In this document: in pieces, positions 35,076-45,900 of the stretch
How the letters are laid out: every line of letters begins with the position of its first letter
How positions within the stretch are numbered: position 1 is the stretch's first letter
Assembly (NCBI RefSeq): GCF_048593235.1
Contig: NC_133617.1
Coordinates: 627,792,958 to 627,856,957, forward strand
Direction: 5' to 3'
DNA from: Sminthopsis crassicaudata
Taxonomy: Eukaryota
DNA length: 64,000 bases
Notes under the pieces: model-generated
Database searches by the model: none
Seen by the model: only the letters and a program-made list of their open reading frames with translations
Told to the model about the DNA's origin: nothing
Position numbers and translations under genes: made by a program

Positions 35076-35603
35076 AAGAAATTGTGACTCCGTGTATTGA
35101 GAAATCACTGAAATCTGGTATGTGAGGTCAAATAATTTTTCCTTGGGAGAAGCTTCTTCAGGACATTTCTAGGGTTTCTTCTGAGGCCTTTTCAGAGCTG
35201 GTCTAGATTGGAACTGTTTCATCTATCTGATTTATTTGTTAATTCAAAAAATATCCATTGTGTATCTAATATTTGGACAGGATTCATCCTCCCAATTTCT
35301 CTATGGATGGTAAAAACTGAAACTGCTCCTGTCCCTCAAAAAGATTACATTTTGCTAGGGGGAAATAAGTTATTACAGATAAGTAAATACAAAGTAATCT
35401 AAATGTAGCACCTATGAGTACTATTTGTCCCCTCCCCCTACGCTTTGCACCTGCATTTTCTGGATCTGACTACCCTCCTTTGGTAAGACTGTGGGTCCGG
35501 ATAACAAAACCTTCACCAACATGTTTAGACAGAGGACACAGTTAGTTCAAAGTGAAGGTATTTAACAACATAGTAAGAAAAATAACAATAAAGAATTTCC
35601 CCT

Positions 35604-36413
35604 GAAATTAAAGCCATCTATAGTTATGAAAAAATGCTCTAAATCATTGTTGATTAGAGAAATGCAAATGAAAACAACTCAGAGGGACCACCTCATACTT
35701 CTAAGATTGGCTAAAATGACAAGAAAAGATAATGATGAATGTTGGAGGGGATGTGAGAAAACTGGGACACTGATACATTGTTGAGAGGATTGTGAAGGAA
35801 TCCAACCATTCTGGAGAGCAATCTGGAACTATGCCCAAAGGGCTATCAAACTGTGCATACCTTTTGACCCAGCAGTACCATTACTAGGTCTATATCCTAA
35901 GGAAATCTTAAAAGGAGGGAAAAAGAACCCATATGTGAGAAAATGTTTGTAGCAGCTCTTTTTTGTGATAGCAAAGAATTAGAAAATGAGTAGATGCCCA
36001 TTAATATGAGGAATGGCTGAACAAGTTGTAGTGGATGAAAATGATGGAATATTATTATTCTATAAAAATGATGAACAAGTTGATTTTAGAAAGGTCTAGA
36101 AAGATTTACATGAACTGATGCTGAACAAAACAAGCAGAACCAGGAATACATTGTACATGATAACAAGAAGAAAGTTCGATAATCAACTATGAAAGGCTTG
36201 GTTCCTCTCAGTGGCTCATTGATCCAAAGCAATCCTAAGAGACTTTGAACTGAAAATGTCATATATATCCAGAAAAAGAATTAAAGAGACTGATTATAAA
36301 TCAATTCTATACTTTTTCATCTCTCCCATAGGTTTTCCCTTTTGCTCTGATTTTTCTCTCCCAACATGATTCAGAAAGTAATGTGTATTAAAAAATAAAT
36401 TTACTAGGAAAAA
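35604..36413 (+). mobile_element. 5'-truncated LINE-1 (3' end of ORF2 + 3'UTR) with TSD
   Basis: L1 text gagaaatgcaaatgaaaacaactc...ggagagcaatctggaactatgccc; A-tail; aaagaatttYccct at 35590-35603 and 36414-36427 (13/14). Confidence 0.88.
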
Positions 36414-36549
36414 AAAGAATTTTCCCTATAAACTCAGGACACACTTTTCTAAAGATAAATACATTCTCATTATGGGCACAGGGGCAGCTCGGTGGTGCAG
36501 TGGATAGAGCACTGAAGTCGAGTTCAAATCTGAGCTCAGACACTTAACT

Positions 36550-36911
36550 NNNNNNNNNNNNNNNNNNNNNNNNNNNNNNNNNNNNNNNNNNNNNNNNNNN
36601 NNNNNNNNNNNNNNNNNNNNNNNNNNNNNNNNNNNNNNNNNNNNNNNNNNNNNNNNNNNNNNNNNNNNNNNNNNNNNNNNNNNNNNNNNNNNNNNNNNNN
36701 NNNNNNNNNNNNNNNNNNNNNNNNNNNNNNNNNNNNNNNNNNNNNNNNNNNNNNNNNNNNNNNNNNNNNNNNNNNNNNNNNNNNNNNNNNNNNNNNNNNN
36801 NNNNNNNNNNNNNNNNNNNNNNNNNNNNNNNNNNNNNNNNNNNNNNNNNNNNNNNNNNNNNNNNNNNNNNNNNNNNNNNNNNNNNNNNNNNNNNNNNNNN
36901 NNNNNNNNNNN
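36550..36911. other. Assembly gap (362 N) beginning inside a WSINE1-like SINE (36481-36549)
   Basis: N run preceded by ggggcagctcggtggtgcagtggatagagc. Confidence 1.
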
Positions 36912-37331
36912 NTCCAAGAATCTAGTGCCAGTGAGCCTCAGTCTTTGTCCCAGGACTTCCTATAGTCCAAATCTAGATGCCTGATTCCCAGCCACAAATT
37001 ATTTCTAGGGCTTACCCACAGTGCTTTGCTTCCTCTGGGGCCCTAGTCTTTATCCCAGAGCCTTTCTTGACATCCTCTATCAGTCCCAGATTTCCTCTAC
37101 TCAGGACCTACTATAGAACTCCAGGATCCATCCCTGGGGCCTGACCCTCCCCCACTCCCTTACTTCTTAAGCCCTGCATCCCACTTCCTGGGACTTCCTA
37201 CGACAAAGCAGCAGTTGGACTTCAAGGGATAGCTTTGACACACCTAGTCATCTGCTTCACTTAATGGACTTTTCTAACCACCCAGTCTATATCCTGTAGC
37301 TATTATCTTGATATCTAGTATACTCTCCTTA

Positions 37332-37600
37332 TGGGCAGCTAGATGGCCCAGTGGATAGACTGCTGGACCTAAAGTCAGTAGACTGCTGGACCTAAAGTCA
37401 GGGAGACTATCTTTGAGAGTTCGAATCTGGCCTTGGACACTTGGACACTTACTAGCTGTGTGACTCTGGGTTATTTACTGCCATTGAACTCAAGTTTCCT
37501 CATTTGTTTAAAAAAAAAAATTGAGCTTGAAAAGAAAATGGTAAACTTCAGTCAAGAAAACCCCAAATGGAGTCAAGAATAATCAAATATGACTAAAAAA
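37332..37600 (+). mobile_element. Mar3-like SINE with an internal 23-bp tandem duplication
   Basis: gggcagctagatggcccagtgga...; tagactgctggacctaaagtcag twice (37356-37401). Confidence 0.7.
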
Positions 37601-38054
37601 TTGACCACCACCACCACCTATTTCCTTTCTTCCTCAGTGAGTTCAGTGCCCAGCTCACAATCTTTCTCTCTAATCCAATTCCTGCTCACAAACTAGGGGA
37701 TATTAATGTACATATTGATGTTCCCACAACTATTCTGATTTCCCACTTTTTCAGTCTAATCAATTGACATGACCTCCAGTCCACCTTAGTTACAATACAG
37801 AAGTCATAACCTTGATCTTGACATTTTACAAGTAAGTGTTTCATGAACTCTGAAATTCCTTTATTTGACTATATATTTTTTAATCATATCACTTTTCTCT
37901 GTACCTTACAGTTCCTGAACAGTTTCATCTTTAATAGGTCCTCCAAACCTTTGACTTCTTAGTTCGTTCCTGGTCCATTAGCCCCACATTAGTTGTATTT
38001 TCTTTTTTTCTGGAATTTTTCTCCTTGATGAATCAGTTCAATTGTACAATATCT

Positions 38055-38270
38055 TCTTTTTTAATTTTTTTTTCATTTTAGTAGTTTTTATTTACCAGAT
38101 ATATGCATGGGTAATTTTACAACGCTGACAATTGCCAAACCTTTTGTTCTAATTTTTCCCCTCCTCCCCCCCCTACATGTTAAATATGTTAAAGTATAAA
38201 TTAAATACAATATATGTATACATGTCCAACAGTTGTTTTGCTGTACAAAAAGAATTGGACTTTGAAATAG
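38055..38270 (-). mobile_element. LINE-1 3' end fragment
   Basis: T-tail followed by tttttatttaccagatatatgcatgggtaattttacaac, a marsupial L1 3'UTR-like sequence. Confidence 0.65.
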
Positions 38271-38514
38271 TTGTACAATATCTTCTACCCTTGAATCTTT
38301 TCACCCCTTGCTCATTGCCAATTGTATTTTGCCAAATTATGATCTTGGATTTTGCCTAGTATCCATCTCTTGTTTCTATTCAGTCCTATCAAATAGAATT
38401 AGAAGAAATCATGAAATTATGTTGATTTGGTCCACTATGAATTTGTTACATAATCTCAATTGGACCCTTAAGCAACTCCTGTAATGTCCTCCCCCTATAT
38501 TCTCTTTTTCTTTT

Positions 38515-38674
38515 CTTTTTTTTCTTTTTGTTGTTTTTTACTGAGGTAATTGGGGTTAAGTGACTTGCCCAAGGTCACACAGCCAGGAAGTATTAAGTGT
38601 CTGAGGCCAGATTTGAACTCCGGTCCTACTGAAGTCAGGGCTGGTGCTATATCCACTGCACCACCTAGCTGCCC
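38515..38674 (-). mobile_element. WSINE1-like SINE
   Basis: Near-complete reverse-strand copy with A/B boxes and tail. Confidence 0.88.
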
Positions 38675-39505
38675 TCTCCCCCTATAATTTCAGCTGAAAA
38701 CCTCAATTCATATTTAATCTTCTCAAAGAAGCCTTTATTGTCCTAACTCAAAGTACATTGTTTTCCTTCCTCCATCTTTCTTTGGTCTATTTTCTCCTTT
38801 GGTCCTATAACATTTGATTTATATTATATTCTTATGTTGATATGTCCCTATAATGTTATGTGGTTAGTTCTTGGGCAGAATCATGTTATAATTAGTATCC
38901 CAAGCATGCAGCTTGGTGATCTACACTTTGTAAATACTTAATATTTAATGGGAATTCAACTTTGTTGCATGAGAGAGGTTCCCTGCTCTCAATAAACTAA
39001 GTGTTGGGGGAGACTGGATTAAGAGAGATTTAACATTCACATGATAACTTGAGAAAGAATGTTCAGTGCCAATGAGTTATTGGTACAACAAACACTACAA
39101 GAGTGCCAGTAATTCAATCCCACCTAGTGCCTACTTTGTAGAAAGAGCTCTCCTCTAAACCAACTTTACAATGTACAAAATCCTTTCTTCCCAAGATGTT
39201 GCTAGTGCAGCTATTATTATCCTTACTTTATAGAGGAGGAAAGTGAAGTCCTGAAATTTTAAATGACTTGCACAATTGACTGATGGCTACAGGGCTCAAA
39301 CTCAAGTCTAGAGTCTGACTCTAACTTAATGAGCTTTTCATCATACTTTTTCATATTTTTCATCATACAACCCATGCTATGGGTTGGATTGAGTAGGGGT
39401 GTGCTGGAGAATGTTTAACAATTGGCTCTCGAAAACAAAACAAAACCCCACAATGTATTTCTGGCACACTTTTACATATGATTTTCATTATTAATTTTTT
39501 TCTAT

Positions 39506-39632
39506 GGGGAGCTAGGTGGCGCAGTGGATAGAGCACCAGCCCTGAATTCAGGAGGACGGGAGTTCAAATCTGGTCTCAGACACTTAACACTTCCTAGCTG
39601 TGTGACCCTGGGCAAGTCACTTAATCCCAGCC
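39506..39632 (+). mobile_element. WSINE1-like SINE
   Basis: ggggagctaggtggcgcagtggatagagcaccagccctg...gagttcaaatctggtctcagacacttaacacttcctagctgtgtgaccctgggcaagtcactt. Confidence 0.9.
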
Positions 39633-40969
39633 TGGGGGGGGGGGAATTTCTATCATTTTCTTAAGTTTAGACAATCAACAAAATATCGAATTAAGCTCTG
39701 AGGTGTAAATGTTTTCACTGAATATTGCAGGATACAGGATTATTAAGAGATGATCTCTACCTTCTTGGAACTTACAGTCTACTAGGAGAATAAGATGTGA
39801 TCCAAATAATAATAATACAATAATAACAGTAGCTTTCATGTATTTCAAAATAAGTTTTTATTGATATATTTTATATCATTATAGTTTCCTCCAGTAGCCT
39901 CCCCTTCTTCCCAAAAAACCCCATCTTATATAACAAATAATTTTTAAACAAAAAGAGGAAAAAGATGGGGAAAATTATCATAACTTATTTTTATGTCAAA
40001 AAAATTGAAAGTATTTGCATTGTATACTTGTGGACCTGTTTGTCTCCTTGGCAAAGAAGAGGAGTGGGAATGACTTCTCATATCTTTTCTAAGAAGCCAT
40101 ATATGCTCTCTATACTTTTGCAACATTAACCTGATTTTTTGGTGGTTCTTTCTAGTTACATTATTGGAGACATCGTGTATACTGATTTTTCAACAAATAT
40201 TAAGTACCTACTATGTGTTAAATGCTGAGGATATATCTGAGAAAAAGACAGTCCCTTCCCTGAAGAAACTTGTAATCTAATGGGGTTGCACAACACATAA
40301 AAGAAAGCTAAAGGCAGGGCAGGGGTACCAGACTCTAAGTGAGGGGGTCACAATATTTCCTGAAATATGCTCATAGTAAGTGAAGATTGATCTGGAAAAC
40401 TCGGTTTTATAAAGCCCTTTATAAAGGAAAGCTTTTGGAGGAGTGGAGAGCTCCACCTTTTAGCCCTCCAATCAAAGGAGAAAGAAGGAAAAGGAAGTCA
40501 AGATGAGAAAATATTGAGTATCTAAAATTGAGTTAACATGATGACATTTCAAGTGTTTCATGTCATATTCTGTGACATTTACATGCTATATTTTGTTGTT
40601 TCCAAGTCTTTGCTATCATAACAAGTGCTGAATAGCTATCATTTGTAGACACTTTGTATTTCATCCTCATGTTAACCCTTTGAGGTTGTTTTTCAAGATG
40701 AGAAAAATGAGGCAGGCAGGCATTCAGTGACTTGCCTCTGTCAAAACAACTAGTAAGCGTTTCCTTATCCTTAACCCTTTTCTCTGAGGGTTCTCCTTTC
40801 AATATGGTCCAAAGGGGAAAAAAAAGGGGTACTTCACCGAAATATAATGTTCCCACCCTAAATCTGATCCCCACTCTAATTTCTGAGGGGGATTAGGACT
40901 TCAGACTAGTGAGACTGTGGACTGATTTGGGTTTCCATAAATGAGATCATAGTAACTATCACTTATAGG

Positions 40970-41145
40970 AGGGGAGCTAGGTGGTTCAGTGGCTAGAGCA
41001 CTGGAGCTCAGTGCCATCCTGAGCAAGTCACTTAATTTATGCTTTAATCCCCTGGAAAAGGAAAGGGCAACGCCAGTGTCTTTGCCAAGAAAACCCGATA
41101 ATTTGGTGCACGAGGTCGTGAAGAGTTGGTTATGAACACAACACA
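40970..41145 (+). mobile_element. RTE-tailed marsupial SINE (WALLSI-like)
   Basis: tRNA-like head plus ccagtgtctttgccaagaaaaccc...gtcgtgaagagttgg...gaacacaac RTE-type tail. Confidence 0.6.
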
Positions 41146-42131
41146 TCAACCCCCATTTACATAATGCTTTTTAAAAATGTCATTTCATTTATCCTCACAA
41201 CACCCCAGTCAGGCCCGTGGTATTACCCCCATTTTGCAGATTGGGATACCGGGGCAGAAAGAGCTATGACCCACAGCTACTCGGATAGGACTCACACTTT
41301 CCTCCCTCCTGACTTCAAGGGCCGTGCTGTATCCCCATGGGGGTGGGGAGCAGTTATTGAGCACTTTCACAGTGGTAAAATGCTTTCTGCACATTCTCAT
41401 TTGAGTGAAGTCGATAATCTTTACTGTCTATTACAACCCTAAAACCCTTTGTCCCAGACCACACTGCTAAAAAGCAACACAACTGGGAATCTGACTCAGA
41501 TTGTCTGGATATGAGACGGGATTTTCCCGTAAATCCAATAAACGTTATGGGCACAACTTAGACCGAGTGACCATGTCGGAGCAAGGATCAGTCTGGGAGT
41601 GTTGTTGGCAGGGTGAGTGTGGACCAAGGCCACGGCCACCCTTGGGGGTTTAGCGCCCCCTGCTGGGAGGTTACAGGGTGCAGGTGAGGTCAACATTGGG
41701 TTCGCTCGTTCTGGCGGGCATGTTATGTGTAGGTGTGCATGGAGAGTAGCAATTCTGGCTCATCAAATACTATGAAGAGCAAAGGAAGTCAAAAGGCAAG
41801 CAAACCAGCTTTTCAAGTCAAATTCAACGTGTGTGAGCGGAAATCCCGGGACACTGCCAAGGAGAAGGACAGAAAGACCCTGAGCATATTACTCTTGTCC
41901 CCTCCTCCCATCCAGCAATCAATAAGCAGCTAATCAATGCCGCTAATATGCCGGGGACCACCCTCGGCTCTGGGCATACAAAGGCACTAGAAAATAATAT
42001 TAGCATTTCTAGGGCCCATTAAAATTTGCAAAGCGCTTGATTTATAATCTCATCTGGTCTACGCAATGCGTGTGGTGTGATAACCCACGACTGCGGGCTC
42101 GGTTCCTCCTGATTTCCCGATTCTGCGCTGA

Positions 42132-42400
42132 TTTCGCGCGTTACATCAGAGCCTCAGGCTTCCCCCGGTCTTGCTCCGGAACTACAATTCCCAGTACCCC
42201 TCGGGCCCATCAGATAGGGGTGGGAGTTGTCTCTGACAAATCACCAGGAGGCCGAATGCTCAGAAGGGAATTATTCGCTGGGGAGGCCCTATTGTGAGGC
42301 AAGAAGGCCGGCAGCTGAGCCAATCCCCGAGCTCAGGGCCTGTGGCGGAGGCGGGAAAAGAAGGTCGCGGATGTATTTAGAATGAAGTTCGGCCAATCTT
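42132..42400 (+). promoter_or_regulatory. NFATC2IP CpG-island promoter: E2F (TTTCGCGC 42132), ZNF143 SBS (ACTACAATTCCCAG 42181), CCAAT boxes (~42320, ~42393)
   Basis: Direct motif matches 170-440 nt upstream of the ATG. Confidence 0.6.
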
Positions 42401-42567
42401 TGTTCGCAAAGCTTGTGATGACAAAGGGAAGTTGAGGCGGCGGGGAACGTTATCCAACGGGAGCAGACCGCGACTAATGAGGAGCCGAGGACATGGGGAG
42501 GGGGCGGGCCCGGCGTTGACTAGCAGGTCTCTCGGCCTGTAAATTTGTTTGTTCCGGGGCGGGCACG

Positions 42568-42939
42568 ATGGCCGCGTTGGTGAGCTGGGACCGTGGGGCT
42601 GAGAGGTGGGTGCGAGGTACGGGTCGTGGCGGGCCGAGGCCCAACTGGACACTCCCCTCTCCGCAGGATCCCGTGGTGGTGGACCTGATCAGCGACAGCG
42701 GCAGCGACGGGGAGGCCGGCGCGAGCGGTGCCAGGGGCGGGCAGGGTCCGGCATGTTCGAGGGGCGGAAGACGCGGCGGAGGCCGCTGCCGTGTCCTCGA
42801 CAGCGATAGCGACAGCGACAGTGAGGCAGAAGGGGCCGGGGCGGCGGAGCGGCTGCGGCTGCGGCCTCCCGCCCCGCGGCGGCGGCGCCTTCTACTGGGG
42901 GCAGGGGAGGCCCCCGTGGTCCCCGTGTATTCGGGCAAG
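42568..42939 (+). CDS. NFATC2IP: NFATC2IP exon 1 (372 nt if the 87-nt internal intron is retained)
   Basis: MAAL...VVVDLISDS...DSDSDSDSE...PVYSGK|gtgggg. Confidence 0.88.
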
Positions 42940-45900
42940 GTGGGGGCTCTGTGGGAGCGGGAGGGGACCAGTTTCCCGCGCCCTCTGGAAGGTTTGGCAG
43001 GGGAGCCCCTCGGGAGGAGCGAGGAGGGGAGGGAGGGAGGAGGAATAGGATGGGAATGAATTGCTATGGGGACGTGGGGATGCTGTGGGCGGATGGGCGG
43101 GTGTCTCAGGCTAGGTGATCGACCCAGTGCCCGCGCCCTACCGGTCTGTAGGTGAAGAGCAGCCTCCGCTTCTTCCCCAAGGATCTTAGGCAGCCACTGT
43201 TCTCCGGAAGCCCTAGCGGGGAAGGTGAGATGGGGGGTCTGGGGAGGTAGAGGCCAACTGGGCAGGCAGGCCAGGCTGGCGGGCCGCAGCTCCGGTACCT
43301 GGTCACCGCGCGCCACGCTGCACTGCGAGGCCCTTTCTCTCTCTCACTCTTAGCACCTCCCCTCACTTTCTATTTGTCCCGGGTAGAGCTTATTTACATA
43401 CACTTGTTACCGCCCCCGTAGATTGTGAGCTCCTGGAGGGCAGGAATTTTGCCTCTTTTTGTATCCTCTGAATTTATTCCTGTGCCAGTCTATTAGTAGG
43501 CTCTTAATAAATACTTACTGACTGATGATAGACAGGGTGTCCTCTTTTTTAGTTTATGATTTTCAAGTAACAGGTAATTTTTAAAATATTAATCCACCCC
43601 TTCCAATGCTCTGTTTCTATTCTTGTTGAGCAAATTAAAGCAAACCAAAAATCCCTCCATTTGTAACCTTTAAAGCAGTGGTCCTCAAACTTTTTAAAAT
43701 AGGGACCAGTTCACTGTCCCTCAGACTGTTGGAGGGCAGGACTATAGTAAAAACAAAAGCTCACAGTGTCTCCGCCCCTCAGCTCATTTGCCTTAGGGTC
43801 CTCAGCAGCCACATCTGGCCCACGGGCCTAGTTTGAGAACCCCTGCTCTAGTCTGGCAAAACAAATTGACTCATTAGCCAAGTCCAAAGACATATGTCTA
43901 CATCAAGATGTTCTTTACCAGTATTTATAAAAAGTATTCTTAGTTTTTTAAAAAATTGTCCATTGTGTCCCTTCCTTTGGCACAATATTGCATTAATATT
44001 CACATCATATACCACAAATGATTTAGCCAGTCCCTTATTAGACATCTCAGTTTCCAAGAAAAATGCTATAGAAACTTGCAAATACTCTTTTCTTTGAGGC
44101 CTAGTAATAGTGTACTTAAGTCAGTTTGATTCTAAGTTGCTTTCCAGACTGGCTGGAGCAGTTCATATCTCCACTGAACAGTGCATTAGTATACCTGGGA
44201 TGGGGGATCATCAAAGGCAGAGCTGTCCCTGAGTGGGAGAGTAGAGTAGGACAAGAAAGAAAGAAGTGGTACCTGGGTATTTTTTTTAAAGAGGGGGGGT
44301 AGATTCTTATCTGTACCTTTCTATATATTTTTCTAATCACATACAAAAATAATATGATAAGATTATGTCACACATCCAAGTTAGTGTCCTTATAGAGTGG
44401 GCGTCATTGGAAAACCATGTGTTTTTTCCCAAGTATAGATAAATTAATTTAGCTAGTATGTAAGACTTAGATTAAAGTAAAATAGTACTTGTCCTAAAGG
44501 ATATTGAATTCCACAAGAAGAGACAACACATTTATAGAGAGAGCCATGTAAAGCAGCTATTTGCTAATTTTTTGCAGGAAAAGGCATTAACATTTGAGGA
44601 AAATTGGAAATGGTTTAATGTAGAAAGTGGCATGTGATCTGAGTTTTGAAAGAAACTAGGGGTTTTAAGAGGCAAAGATTAGGGAGTGAATTTCCATGGT
44701 AAAGGCCTAGAATCTAAAGATTGGATGTCTTGTATGAGGAACACTACAAAGGCTGATAGGATATGAGGGTTAGTAATGTGTAATGAGAGTGGGGTAAATA
44801 TGTGGGCCAGATTACAAAAAGCACATGGATTTATATTTGATCTTATAGGTGATAGGGAATGCTTGAATTATTAAGTTAGAGAAGTGAAATAGGTCAGATC
44901 TGTTCTAAGGAAAATTACTTTGGCAATTGTGGGGAGAGACTTGAAGCAGAAAGACTTGGAGGTAATTGCAATTATCTAGGTAAGAGATAATGAGGGTTTG
45001 AACTATTGTGGGATCTGTGTTAAGTGGATAGTAGGGGACATATGCAAGAGATCTGTAGACAGAAACAACTAGATTTGTCAACTGATTTAAATAAATACTA
45101 TGCATGTTGTTTATTAGCTCTAGATACAGGCATAAGGGTAGGGACTGGACCTGATAGGAAACTCCCTCTCCTATTACAGATCAGCACTTTTACTCCAATT
45201 TATAGTCCTAGGGAATATCCTAGAGCAAAGCTTCTTAAACTGTGGGTCAATGAGGAAGTAACAGTAAAAATTCAAAATCAAACAATGACTCTGAGGCATT
45301 TCTGGCACAGTTTGCTTGTGTAGTTGTGTCACACAATTTCACTGCAGCATTGGTTTTGAAACACTTTGGCTCAGATTCAAGATGGCGTTGACTTAAAAAT
45401 TTTTCTGGCAAAAAAGTCTTGAGTGGAAAAAAATTTAAGAAGCCCTGGTCTAGAGCACTGAGTTAAATGACTTGAACACAGCATTAGAGAGGTGGGCCTT
45501 GAACCCAGATATTTCTGGCTTTGAGGCTGACTATCCACTTACCTGTCCTGAAGATTAAAAAAAAAGAGAGAGATATCACTTCTCTTAAAGAGATTATATC
45601 CTAATGGAGATTCACCCAAGGGAGTGGTGCTAGGGAAGTATGGGAAGTCATGAGAATAATGATTCATTGACCTAATTTTTCAATTTTTTTTTTTAACAGT
45701 AGTATTGATTTGATTACTGGCCAGAAGATCGCTAGGGTAAAAATGAAGATCAATTAGTCAATAGGTGTAAAGGTCCTGTCGTCTCTTAAGTTATTCTCAG
45801 CTAGAGAATTGCCCAGACAACCTGAGTTATCACCTTGTAATCCTAACAAATAAGTATTAAGTGCCTACTACATGCCAGGTCCTGAGGATATAGAAAAAAG

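Noticed and set aside
33670-36917. ORFs containing long X runs
   Set aside because: Artefacts of translating N gaps.
35404-37205. Possible LTR (TGTAG...CGACA) with nested L1 and SINE
   Set aside because: Termini are suggestive, but the flanks (ctaaa / aagca) are not a TSD and a gap interrupts it; cannot be supported without a library search.
42474-43316. 280-aa antisense ORF across NFATC2IP exons 1-2
   Set aside because: Shadow ORF of a CpG island; Pro/Arg/Ser low complexity with no supporting gene structure.
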